Origin: Eledone cirrhosa
Lineage: Eukaryota
Assembly (NCBI GenBank): GCA_964016885.1
Contig: CAXHJY010000795.1
Span: 25,062 to 89,061, forward strand
Length of the DNA: 64,000 bases
Direction: 5' to 3'
Shown here one piece after another: positions 63,445 to 64,000 of the stretch. Position 1 is the first letter of the stretch. Each line of letters starts with the position of its first letter. The position numbers and the translations under genes were made by a program. The notes beneath the pieces were generated by a model. That model was given only the letters and a program-made list of their open reading frames with translations. It was not told where the DNA came from and searched no databases.

Positions 63445-64000
63445 CATCATCACCACTTCCACCACCACCACCACATTTTTTACCTCCTCCACCATCACCA
63501 ACACTATCACCACCACTACCACCTCCAACAACACTATTACCACCTCCACCATCACCAACACTATCACTACCGCTACCAACACTATTACCACCGCCATCAT
63601 CACCAACACTATCACTACCACCACCACCAACACTATTACTACCTCCACCCTCACCAACACTATCACCATCACTACCACCACTACCAATACTATTACCACC
63701 GCCATCATCACCAACACTATCACCACCACTACCACCTCCACCAACACTATCACCACCACTACCACCTCCACCAGCACTATCACCACAACTATCACTTCCA
63801 CTAGCATTATTACGACCTCCACCATCACTAACACTATCACTACCACCACCACCTCCACCAACACTATCACTACCACCACCACCTCCGCCAACACTATCAC
63901 CACCACTACCACCTCCACCAACACTATCACCACCACTACCACCTCCACCAACACTATCACCACCACTACCACCTCTACCAACACTATCACCACCACTACC
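63445..64000. repeat. (ACC)-derived minisatellite with a 30-bp period
   Basis: ACCACCACTACCACCTCCACCAACACTATC repeated; runs off the window end. Confidence 0.9.

Noticed and set aside
63373-63996. Val-rich 207-aa minus-strand ORF
   Set aside because: It is the antisense reading of the ACC-derived minisatellite.

Overview
AT-rich, microsatellite-dense eukaryotic DNA. The mix of (TA)n/(CA)n tracts, tRNA-derived SINEs with (GAT)n tails and RTE LINEs suggests an octopod cephalopod genome (inference, not verified). Almost all ORFs in the supplied track are simple-repeat artefacts. The real content is mostly mobile DNA. It includes five RTE-clade LINE copies (all minus strand, with a PHD-type zinc finger inside the RT domain), one CR1/L2-group LINE plus a second 5' fragment, and a complete but decayed DD37D (maT) Tc1/mariner transposon. 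There are also two non-autonomous Helitrons, several MITE families, two SINE families, minisatellites, and many short fold-back elements in (TA)n tracts that carry whole or half hammerhead-ribozyme motifs, as expected for Penelope-like pseudo-LTRs. Host-gene evidence is sparse: one good plus-strand candidate exon (44446-44605), a CCAAT-box cluster about 8 kb upstream, and a weak exon pair at the window start. No CRISPR array, rRNA or bona fide tRNA gene is supported. Coordinates and base pairings were read by eye, and element boundaries are approximate.
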